Part shown: positions 35,801 through 43,900 of the stretch, in pieces
How the letters are laid out: each line of letters begins with the position of its first letter
How positions within the stretch are numbered: the first letter of the stretch is position 1
Origin: Gemmatimonadota bacterium
GTDB taxonomy: Bacteria; Gemmatimonadota; Gemmatimonadetes; Palauibacterales; Palauibacteraceae
Length of the DNA stretch: 64,000 nucleotides
Reading direction: 5' to 3'
Assembly: GCA_039584255.1 (NCBI GenBank)
Contig: JBDGYE010000001.1
Coordinates: forward strand, 4,228-68,227
Position numbers and translations under genes: made by a program
The notes under the pieces: generated by a model
What the model saw: only the letters and a program-made list of their open reading frames with translations
What the model was told of the DNA's origin: nothing
Database searches by the model: none

Positions 35801-35896
35801 CATGCCACCGTCGTCGGGGGAGAGCATCTCCTGAGCGCTGGCCTGAGGGGCGGCGATCACGGACGCGACGAGGAGGACCCCGGTCATCACTCGCAT
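32813..35896 (-). CDS. Exported 1027-aa protein with PLD-superfamily-like HKD/GSSN motifs; function unknown
   Basis: Signal MRVMTGVLLVASVIAAPQASAQ (ATG 35896 verified). Residues ~40-170 are beta-rich. HRKISFYD (HxKx4D) lies at residues 597-604. HLKTNFF at 876-882 is followed ~80 aa later by VVGSSNQDYRS, compared with VGTANFDNRS in the cls gene of this window. Confidence 0.7.
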   Translation of the reverse strand: MRVMTGVLLVASVIAAPQASAQEMLSPDDGGMTVSMGQPLSLKPQAGLSLGGYFEDEASEFTAYLNAGIRKDLLSPVVALGALLLEGYGGVRGSEIDGGARFLYSIPAIWLSGGVDWNFRDGSLPFLLRASIPFRRGGVIARGGLVTVDWLPARGNSFNFGFSFPIGQKWAGKTRPNHMAYPVSPDRPDLAPVGFSDPALEPALANVRETSYWVNRLTVPYFDQAARRRDQAVAAFTEDTRQIQARLAASDPLFGGAHGAEAETRAYHAEVARAFSIAISGAAVSLGRATPAGEAAAEMARAILLEEVLLPYDRLLGVHKKNDTTNGLAFAAMQVFTDWAESSASVPADRIEAVRRVFQAVLDEVEAARAQSKEWWGDDRLVWLPLQYGLLPEEHDTQAELDAIIERATGEEFSVGNRASYALGLQFQWELYMGIQRAEDYHVLWIHDYKGKNAQGEPDLVSFHMTLNYLKVLADRVREYDEVGHMPTYFIFIDQHYYEIAKSRRWLTVLEKPLDHLPKLPDGFEWMVDSLTVAQADLREAVASSERLQAGAGQYGEEWLKNRIKVQVSVTNPADISYWANSYLPLRGWPDNAIRDHRKISFYDITEEDPYRGSATFSGMGVGEHYIGPNWEDRALVLSGPAALEVKHQARALLESQGFDEDEVPEPFRAKPFAEDYWEKVEEYAAQVEGGVRPRAIQLHNGTGYLMKPINVMKAVLYTLMPPGTVIIDPDSLFHSPLWASMLTGSALRGVRVFIIHPSQANAPGQAFATLSRANEMFERLIIAEHELGSELEAVGGLLKSGLYDTDVDVGNLPGRIQAFAEGFRSNPWLQEVLPVGPDLMSVMENADKIFAEAVEGREVEYLSDELGGVVRPKLHLKTNFFVTGEVLDIVLQSPAFAEFARQFIIQRSLDHVTRREYRDVRQLNLTLADPFFEMVRDMHEEYGPELAARSAGYFVVGSSNQDYRSMMMDGEVAVALSGRATMNGFFDSIGIAGAATYLDSVEQLNEYLPYYTGFTWKMARWVKVAL

Positions 35897-35949
35897 GCTA
35901 TTCACCCATGGTTTTGGGACTCCTATCCAATCCTCTACCGGACCCCTCC

Positions 35950-36730
35950 TCAATCGACCCCCACCTCGAACCCGAACAGCGCTCGGAATCGGCTCCAGAC
36001 GAACTTCGCGGCGAAACCCTCGTCGGGTCCCCCGAGGACATCTGTCACGCGCTGTGCGGGCTCGCTGCCCCACCCATAGCCGGCCCCGACTGTGAGCCGG
36101 GCATCCTTCACCATGAAGTCCGCCCCGAGGAACGCGGAATACAGATCTACCGTGGTGAGCGACAGGTCCGCTCGCTCGATGTCCTCAGTCAGACCTGACC
36201 GGTCCGTCGAGAACGAGGCGTATCCGACGACCGACTCCTTGAACGCGTATTCCAGTCCCAGGGCCCAGTTGAATACCTCGTCCGGACTGGACCAGGTCGG
36301 GCTGCCGCACCTCCTGCGGTATCTGCTGTACGTATTCTTCTCCCTTCATCACGACGTACGGATCGATTCGGTCAAACCATTCGCCGCTCGCGTTCAGGCG
36401 GGCCTTGCCGATCTGCCAGCCAAGGCCGAGAGCCACCGACAAGGGCGACTTGAACTCGGCCGGAAGGTCCGTCTGGACCGTCGCGCGCAGCACGGTCGTG
36501 TCCGCGGTGAACTCGGCGTCATTCACCCCGAGCTCCCCTGACCCTGTGATGTGCACGCTGGGCGTAGTCACCGCGAGCCCCGCGCTGACGGGTCCACTGC
36601 TGAAGTAGCCCCCGATCTTGGCCAGCGTGCGCAGGGCGGAGTACTTACCCCCCGTGTCGCCGTGGGGGTGGTTCTGCGCCCCGTCGTGTGGGTGGCGCGT
36701 GCAGAGTGACTCCGGGCGCGTGTTAGACAT
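35950..36730 (-). pseudogene. Decayed outer-membrane beta-barrel-like gene: no signal peptide, frameshift between ~36290 and 36345
   Basis: The upstream part is the 3' portion of ORF 36185..36952 (...GGKYSALRTLAKIGGYFSSGPVSAGLAVTT...GLGWQIGKARLNASGEWFDRIDPYVV...). The downstream part is an unlisted frame open from 36345 to the stop at 35950..35952. I translated it by hand as ...SPTWSSPDEVFNWALGLEYAFKESVVGYASFSTDRSGLTEDIERADLSLTTVDLYSAFLGADFMVKDARLTVGAGYGWGSEPAQRVTDVLGGPDEGFAAKFVWSRFRALFGFEVGVD*. Both parts have high GC3. Confidence 0.5.
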
Positions 36731-37043
36731 CAGCCTTGGCCCGGGTTCGCTTTCTCCCTCGCTCTCGCGCAACGCGCTCGGCCAGGAAGACCTTGAGCAG
36801 GCTCTGGTATGGAACGTCGCGTTCGTTCGCGAGTGCCTTGAGTTCCTCGAGCAGGGCTTTCGGCAGACGGAGCGATATCGTCTGGGTAGATGGCTTGAGC
36901 GCCGGGAAGGAGCCCGAAACCGACTTCTCCCAATCGAAGAAGTCCACGACATCGTGTTCGGCCCAGAAATCCCGCTCCGCGTCCTCGGTGCGGAACTTCG
37001 GCATGCTCTCCTTCACCACGGGCTTCTTCTCACGCTCGCTCAT
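36723..37043 (-). CDS. brnA: BrnA-type antitoxin (CopG/RHH-like C-terminus)
   Basis: ...FWAEHDVVDFFDWEK....ISLRLPKALLEELKALANERDVPYQSLLKVFLAERV is the characteristic BrnA pattern. 14-nt overlap with brnT. Confidence 0.85.
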   Translation of the reverse strand: MSEREKKPVVKESMPKFRTEDAERDFWAEHDVVDFFDWEKSVSGSFPALKPSTQTISLRLPKALLEELKALANERDVPYQSLLKVFLAERVARERGRKRTRAKADV

Positions 37044-37335
37044 ACACCCTCCGCTCGCGACGGCTCATCGGTCGCGCTGAGATCACCCGGATCAGGGTTC
37101 CGCGGATCGTGAACACGATAGTCAGCAATCTGCCGTCGGCTGTCTGCCCCAGAGCCGCAAACCGTGGCTCGCGCTGGGAGTGTCTCGGGTCCGCGGCTAT
37201 CAGTACGGGGCGTTGGAAGAAGACCTGCTCGCACTCAGCCGCCGAGACCGGGTGGCGCTCCCGGCTCTTGTCTATGTTTCCAGCATCCCACTCAAAGCCG
37301 GTGCACGCCGTGAGTTCCTTAGGCCACTCACCCAT
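37030..37335 (-). CDS. brnT: BrnT-type toxin (DUF497 ribonuclease family)
   Basis: FEWDAGNIDKSRERHPVSAAECEQVF....RFAALGQTADGRLLTIVFTIRG..IRVISARPMSRRERRVY matches the DUF497/BrnT signature. Confidence 0.85.
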   Translation of the reverse strand: MGEWPKELTACTGFEWDAGNIDKSRERHPVSAAECEQVFFQRPVLIAADPRHSQREPRFAALGQTADGRLLTIVFTIRGTLIRVISARPMSRRERRVYERA

Positions 37336-37341
37336 AGTTTG

Positions 37342-37370
37342 AGTATATAATCACCATATACGTCTGTCAA
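37342..37370 (-). promoter_or_regulatory. Near-consensus sigma70-type promoter for brnTA, implying a leaderless or near-leaderless mRNA
   Basis: The minus strand reads TTGACA (37370..37365), a 17-nt spacer, TATACT (37347..37342), 6 nt, then ATG (37335). It lies in an AT-rich island within a GC-rich genome. Confidence 0.5.
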
Positions 37371-37488
37371 CGGTGTTCTGAACATCCTTGCGGGGGTTGC
37401 TCTGCCTCCCGGATCACGACCCCAGCATGAGCCCCCCCTGAGTCCTACAGGTTGACGCCAAAATGTTTTCCATTATTGTTTAACTATA

Positions 37489-38187
37489 GTGTCAAACTCT
37501 CTGGACAGGATCGGGAACGTGACGACACAGGATACAGAGTCGCGAACGATGGCAGACTCCGAGGCGGCCGACACCGAGGCCCGCATCTTCGAGGCGGCGC
37601 TCAGGGTGTTCGCCCGCAAGGGCAGAGACGGGGCGCGCATGCAGGAGATCGCGGATGAGGCTGGAATCCACCGTCCGCTGCTGCACTACTACTTCCGAAC
37701 CAAGCAGCAGCTCTTCGAAGCGTGCTTCACGCACATGTTCGGCCAGTTCATGGAGAGCTTCGAGGTGCCAACGGTCGAGGACGCCCCGTTCTCCGAGATC
37801 CTGCGGGGCTTCATAGACCACTACGTAGACAACGTCCGCGAGCACCAGGACATGGCGATGATGATCGTGGCGGAGAACCTGAGTGGCAGCACGCTGTTGG
37901 GCGAGCACCTGGCCCGTGCCTTCGCCACCAGGGGTTCCCCGCAGCAGCGGATGGAGGAGGCGATCCTGCGGGCGGCCGAGAAGGGCGAGATCCGGGCCGT
38001 CGACCCGAAGCAGACCATGCTTACCATCGTCTCGGCCTGCGTCTTCTTCTTCGTCTCGCTCCCCACGGTCCGGATGCTCAACCCGCTCGCCCGCGAGGAC
38101 TTCGACGCCTTCGTCGAGGCCCGCAAGGAGCATGTGTTCGAGGTGGTCTACTACGGGCTGGCGAGCCGGGAGGTGTCCGATGCGTAG
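37489..38187 (+). CDS. TetR/AcrR family transcriptional regulator (first gene of the efflux operon)
   Basis: HTH IFEAALRVFARKGRDGARMQEIADEAGIHRPLLHYYFRTKQQLF. The start is either GTG 37489 or ATG 37549. The 3' end overlaps the next gene by 8 nt. Confidence 0.85.
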   Translation: MSNSLDRIGNVTTQDTESRTMADSEAADTEARIFEAALRVFARKGRDGARMQEIADEAGIHRPLLHYYFRTKQQLFEACFTHMFGQFMESFEVPTVEDAPFSEILRGFIDHYVDNVREHQDMAMMIVAENLSGSTLLGEHLARAFATRGSPQQRMEEAILRAAEKGEIRAVDPKQTMLTIVSACVFFFVSLPTVRMLNPLAREDFDAFVEARKEHVFEVVYYGLASREVSDA

Positions 38188-39739
38188 CCGAAGGCGTTTA
38201 CGGGGCTCGGTAGTTCTCGCGGCGACCTGGACCGTCCTCGCCTCCGGCTGCTCCTTCGCCCCGGAACCCAGGGAGCCGGTCGTCGTTCGGAATCTGCCCG
38301 AGGGATTCGCGGCGGCTCCCGACAGCACACCCGAGGCGGCCCGCGAGGCGGAGCGCTGGTGGACGGTCTACAACGATCCGGTGCTGGAGCGGCTCGTCGA
38401 CACCGCCCTCGCAGCGAACCTCGATCTGCGGGAGGCCGTCGCCCGCGTCGAGGAGGTGCGCCAGCGTTACCGGATCGCCCGCGCGGACCTGTACCCGTCG
38501 CTCGGGCTGTCCGCCGACGCGACCTACACCGACGCGCCGACCAACACCGGCTTCGCGGGCGAGATCGGCGACGGAGACGGGGACGGGGGCGCGCCGCCGG
38601 GAGGGATAGCCTTCCCGGATCGTTTCAAGTACTGGACCTACAGCGCGGCCCTTGGGTTCTCGTACGAGCTCGACTTCTGGGGCCGGGCACGAAACGATAC
38701 CAAGGCCGCCGTGAGCGACTTCCTGGCCTCGGAGGGTGACTACGAGACTGCCCGCCTGGCGGTGATCGCCACGACGGTGTCTACCTACTTCGAGTTCGTC
38801 GAGCTGGAGCGGAGCGTAGAGCTCACCCGGCTCAGCGTCGACCTTCTCGACGAGCGGGCCGACCTCACGAACGAGCGCTACTACCGGGGACTGGTCACCA
38901 CCTTCGAGCTGTACGGCATCCAGTCGCTGTTCCGGAACACGCAGGCCGCGCTTCCCGTGCTCGAGAGTCGGCTCGAGGAAGCGAAGGGCCGACTGGCAGT
39001 GCTACTCGGCCGCTACGCCGGTCAGATCGATGAGCTGCTTGGCGAGGAAACGGCCCCGGCCATCGTGCTGGACCCCGTACCGCCCGAGTTGCCCGCCTCC
39101 CTGCTCGAGGGGCGGCCCGACGTGTGGGCGGCATGGCAGCGCATGGAGGCTGCCCGCTACCGCATCGGAGCGAGAAAGGCGCAGCTCTACCCCGCGATCC
39201 GTCTCGACGCGAGCGTGGGACTTCAGTCGGGCGAGATCAACGACCTGTTCCGGGTCGACCAGTACTTCCTCAACCTCGTCGGCGGCTTGCTCCAGCCGAT
39301 CTTCCAGGGCGGGCGGCTGCGCGCGAACGTGGGCGTCGCCGAGGCCCGATTCCAGGCTTTTGCGGCGGCCTACGTGCGCACGGTGCTCACCGCGTTCAAG
39401 GAGGTACAGACGAGCCTGGTAAACCTGGAGAAGCAGGGCGAGCGCTACGAGCTCCTGCGGCGTCAGCTCGCGTCGGCGCAGGGGTCGGTGGACTTCCAGC
39501 TCCGCTCGTTCCAGCGGGGAGTGGGTGACTACCTGGAGTACCTGGACGCACGGCAGAACCTGGCCAGCACCGAGACCAACCTGGCCACCGCCGAGCGGGC
39601 GCTGGCCGAGGCGCGGCTCACGGTCCATCGAGCCCTCGGCGGCGCCTGGGTGGTCGACGAGGATCCGAGCCAGGGCGTGCAGGATGCGTTCGAGCGCATG
39701 GATGACGTGATGTTCCGGTCCGAGGAGGTGGGGCGATGA
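38180..39739 (+). CDS. RND efflux outer-membrane factor lipoprotein (NodT/TolC family)
   Basis: Lipobox LASGCS, then WW..YNDP.L..LV..AL..N.DL..A..R and two TolC-like repeats. Confidence 0.9.
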   Translation: MRSRRRLRGSVVLAATWTVLASGCSFAPEPREPVVVRNLPEGFAAAPDSTPEAAREAERWWTVYNDPVLERLVDTALAANLDLREAVARVEEVRQRYRIARADLYPSLGLSADATYTDAPTNTGFAGEIGDGDGDGGAPPGGIAFPDRFKYWTYSAALGFSYELDFWGRARNDTKAAVSDFLASEGDYETARLAVIATTVSTYFEFVELERSVELTRLSVDLLDERADLTNERYYRGLVTTFELYGIQSLFRNTQAALPVLESRLEEAKGRLAVLLGRYAGQIDELLGEETAPAIVLDPVPPELPASLLEGRPDVWAAWQRMEAARYRIGARKAQLYPAIRLDASVGLQSGEINDLFRVDQYFLNLVGGLLQPIFQGGRLRANVGVAEARFQAFAAAYVRTVLTAFKEVQTSLVNLEKQGERYELLRRQLASAQGSVDFQLRSFQRGVGDYLEYLDARQNLASTETNLATAERALAEARLTVHRALGGAWVVDEDPSQGVQDAFERMDDVMFRSEEVGR

Positions 39740-40962
39740 GCGGGAGGAACAGATTCTCAGCCTGGTTCGGAGGTCTAAGCCCTCTCCTCAAGGCGCTTGT
39801 GATCCTGGGGGTCGGGGTCTTCGGCTTCGCGCTGCTCATGGTTCTGAGACCGCGCCCGGCTCAGCAGGAGCCGCCGCGCCGCCTGCCCCTCGTGGTGACG
39901 ATCCCGGCCGACGTCCGGTCCGGGAACCTGACGATCCGGGGGAACGGCACCGTGCGGCCTCGCAGCGAGATCACCCTCTCGCCACAGGTCGCCGGGCGGG
40001 TAGAGTGGGTAGCTCCATCCCTGGCATCCGGCGGCCACTTCCAGCAGGGGCAAGTGCTGCTCCGGATCGAGTCGGACGACTACGAGAACGCTGTCGAGAG
40101 CGCCGCCGCCGAGGTCGCCCAGCGCCAGGTGGACGTCCTGGAAGCCGAGGAACGGCGCGAGCTGGCGCTCGAGGAGTACGATCGGCTGCGACAGCGGGAG
40201 GGGATCGAGACCCCACCCGATTCGGGTGAGCTTGGCAGCCTAATCTTCCGCGAGCCCCAGCTCCGGGCGGCCGAGGCCTCGCTACGCCGGGCCGAGGCGC
40301 GACTGGAGGACGCCCGCCTGTCGCTGGATCGGACCCGGATCCGGGCGCCGTTCGACGGCGTAGTGCGGTCGAAGTCGGTCGACGTCGGGCAATACGTTGC
40401 CCCGGGCCAGGTAATGGCCGCGCTGTACGACTCGAACGAAGTCGAGATCGTCGTGCCCCTCACCGACTCTGAGGCATCGCTGGTGGAGGGGTTGTGGGAG
40501 ACCGCGGCGGGCGATCGCGAGTCCGCCATCCCGGCCACGGTTCGCGCCGAGTTCGGCGGCCGGACCTACACCTGGGGCGGCTACGTGGATAGAGCCGAAG
40601 CGGCGCTGAACCCGGAGACCCGGACGGTAGACGTCGTTGTCCGGATCCCCGATCCCTTTTTGAGCGACGACTCGGGACGCCCGCCGCTGCTGCTCGGCAC
40701 CTATGCCGACGTGGACATCCAGGGTGCCGCCGTGGGGAGATACCTGGTCGTTCCGCAGGCGGCCTTCCGTGACGGCCGCGAAGTCTGGGTCGTACGCGAG
40801 GACACGCTTCTCGTCATCGCACCCGCGGCCCTCATCCAGGAAGTGGATGGCGAGGTGTTCGTCGAGGCGGGAGTGCGGCAGGGCGAACCGGTCGTGGTCA
40901 GTCCGATCGACGTGGTTACGAACGGGATGACCGTCCGCATCGTGGAAGGCGGTGGGCCGTGA
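39736..40962 (+). CDS. RND efflux periplasmic adaptor (membrane fusion protein, HlyD family)
   Basis: N-terminal TM segment, the G.V.P..E..L.PQV.GRV lipoyl-like motif and a coiled-coil hairpin. ATGA overlap with the OMF gene. Confidence 0.9.
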   Translation: MSGRNRFSAWFGGLSPLLKALVILGVGVFGFALLMVLRPRPAQQEPPRRLPLVVTIPADVRSGNLTIRGNGTVRPRSEITLSPQVAGRVEWVAPSLASGGHFQQGQVLLRIESDDYENAVESAAAEVAQRQVDVLEAEERRELALEEYDRLRQREGIETPPDSGELGSLIFREPQLRAAEASLRRAEARLEDARLSLDRTRIRAPFDGVVRSKSVDVGQYVAPGQVMAALYDSNEVEIVVPLTDSEASLVEGLWETAAGDRESAIPATVRAEFGGRTYTWGGYVDRAEAALNPETRTVDVVVRIPDPFLSDDSGRPPLLLGTYADVDIQGAAVGRYLVVPQAAFRDGREVWVVREDTLLVIAPAALIQEVDGEVFVEAGVRQGEPVVVSPIDVVTNGMTVRIVEGGGP

Positions 40963-43900
40963 GCCGCGCCATCGAGTGGATGGCAGGCCACAAGGTGGCC
41001 GCGAACCTGCTGATGATCTTCATCCTCGCGGCCGGCTTCCTCAGCGTGTCCACCATCGTGACGGAGGTCTTTCCCGAATCCAGGCTGGACGCCGTCCAGG
41101 TCCGGGTCGAGTACCCGGGCGCATCGCCCGCGGAGGTGGAAGAGGGAGTCATCCAGCGCATCGAGGAGCGCGTGGAGTCGGTCGAGGGAATCAGTCAGAT
41201 CACCTCGACGGCATCGGAAGGGGTGGGCGTCGTGTTCGTCGAGCTCAACCTGGGCGAGGACGTCACGCGTGCGCTGGACGAGATCAAGGCCGAGGTGGAT
41301 CGCATCACGAGCTTCCCCTTGGATGCCGAGGAGCCGGAGGTCACGCAGGTCACGAACCGCACCCGGGTGATCGAGATCGCTGTGCACGGCGACGTTCCCG
41401 AACGGACGCTCAAGGAGCTGGCCAACCGGATGAAGGACGATCTCTCGACCCTGCCCGAGATCTCTTTCGTGCGCACCAGCGGCGTGAGGGACTACGAGAT
41501 CTCCATCGAGGTGCCCAACGAGGTGCTTCGATCCTACGGGCTCAGCCTCGAGGACGTGGCCCGGGCCGTTCGAGCGGCGAGCCTCGACCTTCCCGGCGGC
41601 CGGGTAGACACGGCGGATGAGGAGATTCTGGTCCGTGTGGAGGGTCAGAACTACGACCGGGATGACTTCGCCGAGATCATCGTGCGAGGCGCCCGCGACG
41701 GGGCCACCCTGCGCCTCGACCAGATAGCCGATGTCAAGGACGGTTTCCAGGATGCCGACCTGATCAACCTCTATGACGGACAGCCGGCGGCCTTCGTCCA
41801 GGTCTTCCGCACCGCCGATGAGCAGGTCCTGGAGATCGTCGATGTGGTGGAGCGCTACCTTGACCAGGACCTCGAGCCGACCCTTCCCCGCGGCATCGAG
41901 GTGGCGATCTGGCAGAACGACGCGGAGCTGCTCGACAGCCGCCTCAGCCTGCTACGCAAGAACGGAATCATCGGCCTCGTACTGGTGCTCATAGCCCTTA
42001 CCCTCTTTCTGGACCTCCGACTTTCGTCGTGGGTCGCGGTGGGAATCGCCCTCTCCTTCATCGGCACCTTCGCGGTGATGCCGTGGCTGGGGGTCTCCAT
42101 CAACATGATGTCGCTGTTCGGGCTCATCCTCGCCATCGGGATCGTGGTCGACGACGCGATCGTCGTGGGCGAGAACATCTACAAGGAGCGTGAGCGGGGA
42201 ACGGGTCCCCTCCAGGCGGCGATCAAGGGCACCCAGCGTGTCTCCGTTCCGGTCACCTTCGCCGTCCTCACCACGGTGGCGGCGTTCACCCCCCTGCTGT
42301 TCATTCCCGGGTTCATCGGGAAGTTCCTGAAGTTCATCCCCATGGTCGTGATCGCGGTGCTGCTGTTCTCTCTGATCGAATCGCTGTTCATCCTGCCGCA
42401 CCACCTGTCGCACCTGCCGGAGGGAGCCCACGCACGGCTTCCCGGCTGGCTGTGGCCGGTGGAGCGCGTCCAGGAAGCGGTTCAGAGCGGCCTGCGGCGC
42501 TTCATCGACGGTCCGCTGGATCGGACGGTGCGCTTCGCCACCGAGCACTATGGCTTGGTCCTCGCGGGCTCTGTGTCGGTCGTGCTCATCACGCTCGGGG
42601 TCGTCGCGGGACGGTACCTCAGCTTTAGCTTCCTGCCCCGCATCGAAGGAGACCAGGTCATCGCGCAGGTGGAGATGCCTCAGGGCACGCCGACAGAGCG
42701 TACCCGGGACGTGGCGGCCTATCTGGAGCGGCTCGGCCGGCAGGTGGCCGACTCCTTCCAGTCCGAGCTGAGCGACGATCACCCGCCGCTTATCGAGGCG
42801 GTACACGTGAGCGTCGGCAGCTACCCCTCGGCCGAGGTGGGCCCGGGGGCGGGATTGCTCCCCGCCTTCATCGAGTCCCACAAGGCCGAGGTCGTCTTTC
42901 GTCTTCTCGAGGCGGAGAACCGCCAGATCAGCTCGACCGAGTTCGAGAAGGCGTGGCGCGCAGCCGCAGGCGATCTGCCCGGACCGCGCAGCCTCACCTT
43001 CTCGGCGCAGCTCATAGACCTTGGCGCGCCGGTTCAGGTGGAGATCTCTCACCCCGACACCGCGGTGCTCACGCGGGCGGTCGGTGAGGTTCAGTCGGAG
43101 CTTCGGGCCTACGCAGGTGTGTTCGACGTGCGCAACGACCAGGAGATCGGGAAGCGCGAGGTCGAGCTGCGACTGAAGCCACGCGCCAGGACACTTGGCG
43201 TCACGCTGGACGACCTCGGGCGACAGGTCCGGGCGGCCTTTTTCGGCGCCGAGGCGCTGCGCATCCAGCGCGGGCGGGAGGAGGTCCGGGTCTACGTTCG
43301 CCTGCCGGAAGACGAGCGGAACACGCTCGCCGACATCCGGCGGTACCGGATCGTCACGCCCTCCGGGGCGGCGATCCCCTTGTCGGAGGCGGCCGACGTC
43401 TCCTTCGGAAGCGCGCCTTCCACGATCCGGCGAGTGAACGGCCGCCGGATCGTAACGGTCATGGCCGAAGTGGACCGCTCCGTGATCACGGGCCAGGAAG
43501 CGAACACCGAGCTCACCGGGTCGATCCTGCCTGAGGCGCAGGCACGCTATCCGGCCCTGCGCTACGGCTTCGGCGGCGAGCAGCGCGAGCAGGCCAGGGC
43601 ACTCGGCGGAATGATGCGGGGGTTCCTGCTGGCCGTGTTCGTCATCTATGCCCTGCTGGCGATCCCCTTCCGATCCTATGTGGAGCCGCTGATCATCATG
43701 GCGGCGGTTCCATTCGGCTTCGTGGGCGCGGTGGTCGGTCACCTGGTGATGGGGCTGGAGCTTGGGATGCTGAGCCTGTTCGGGCTGGTCGGACTGAGCG
43801 GCGTGGTGGTGAACGACTCCCTGGTGCTGCTCGACTTCGTCAACGCGGAACACCGGAGCGGCAAGCCCCTGCCGGAAGCGATCCTGACCGCCGCGAAGAT

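Noticed and set aside
37452-37496. TTGACG...GTCAA inverted elements and TATAGT in front of the efflux TetR gene, considered as a promoter or TetR operator.
   Set aside because: The spacing to any -10 is non-optimal. The inverted repeat is only 5 bp. TATAGT overlaps the candidate GTG start. I could not decide between alternatives without data.
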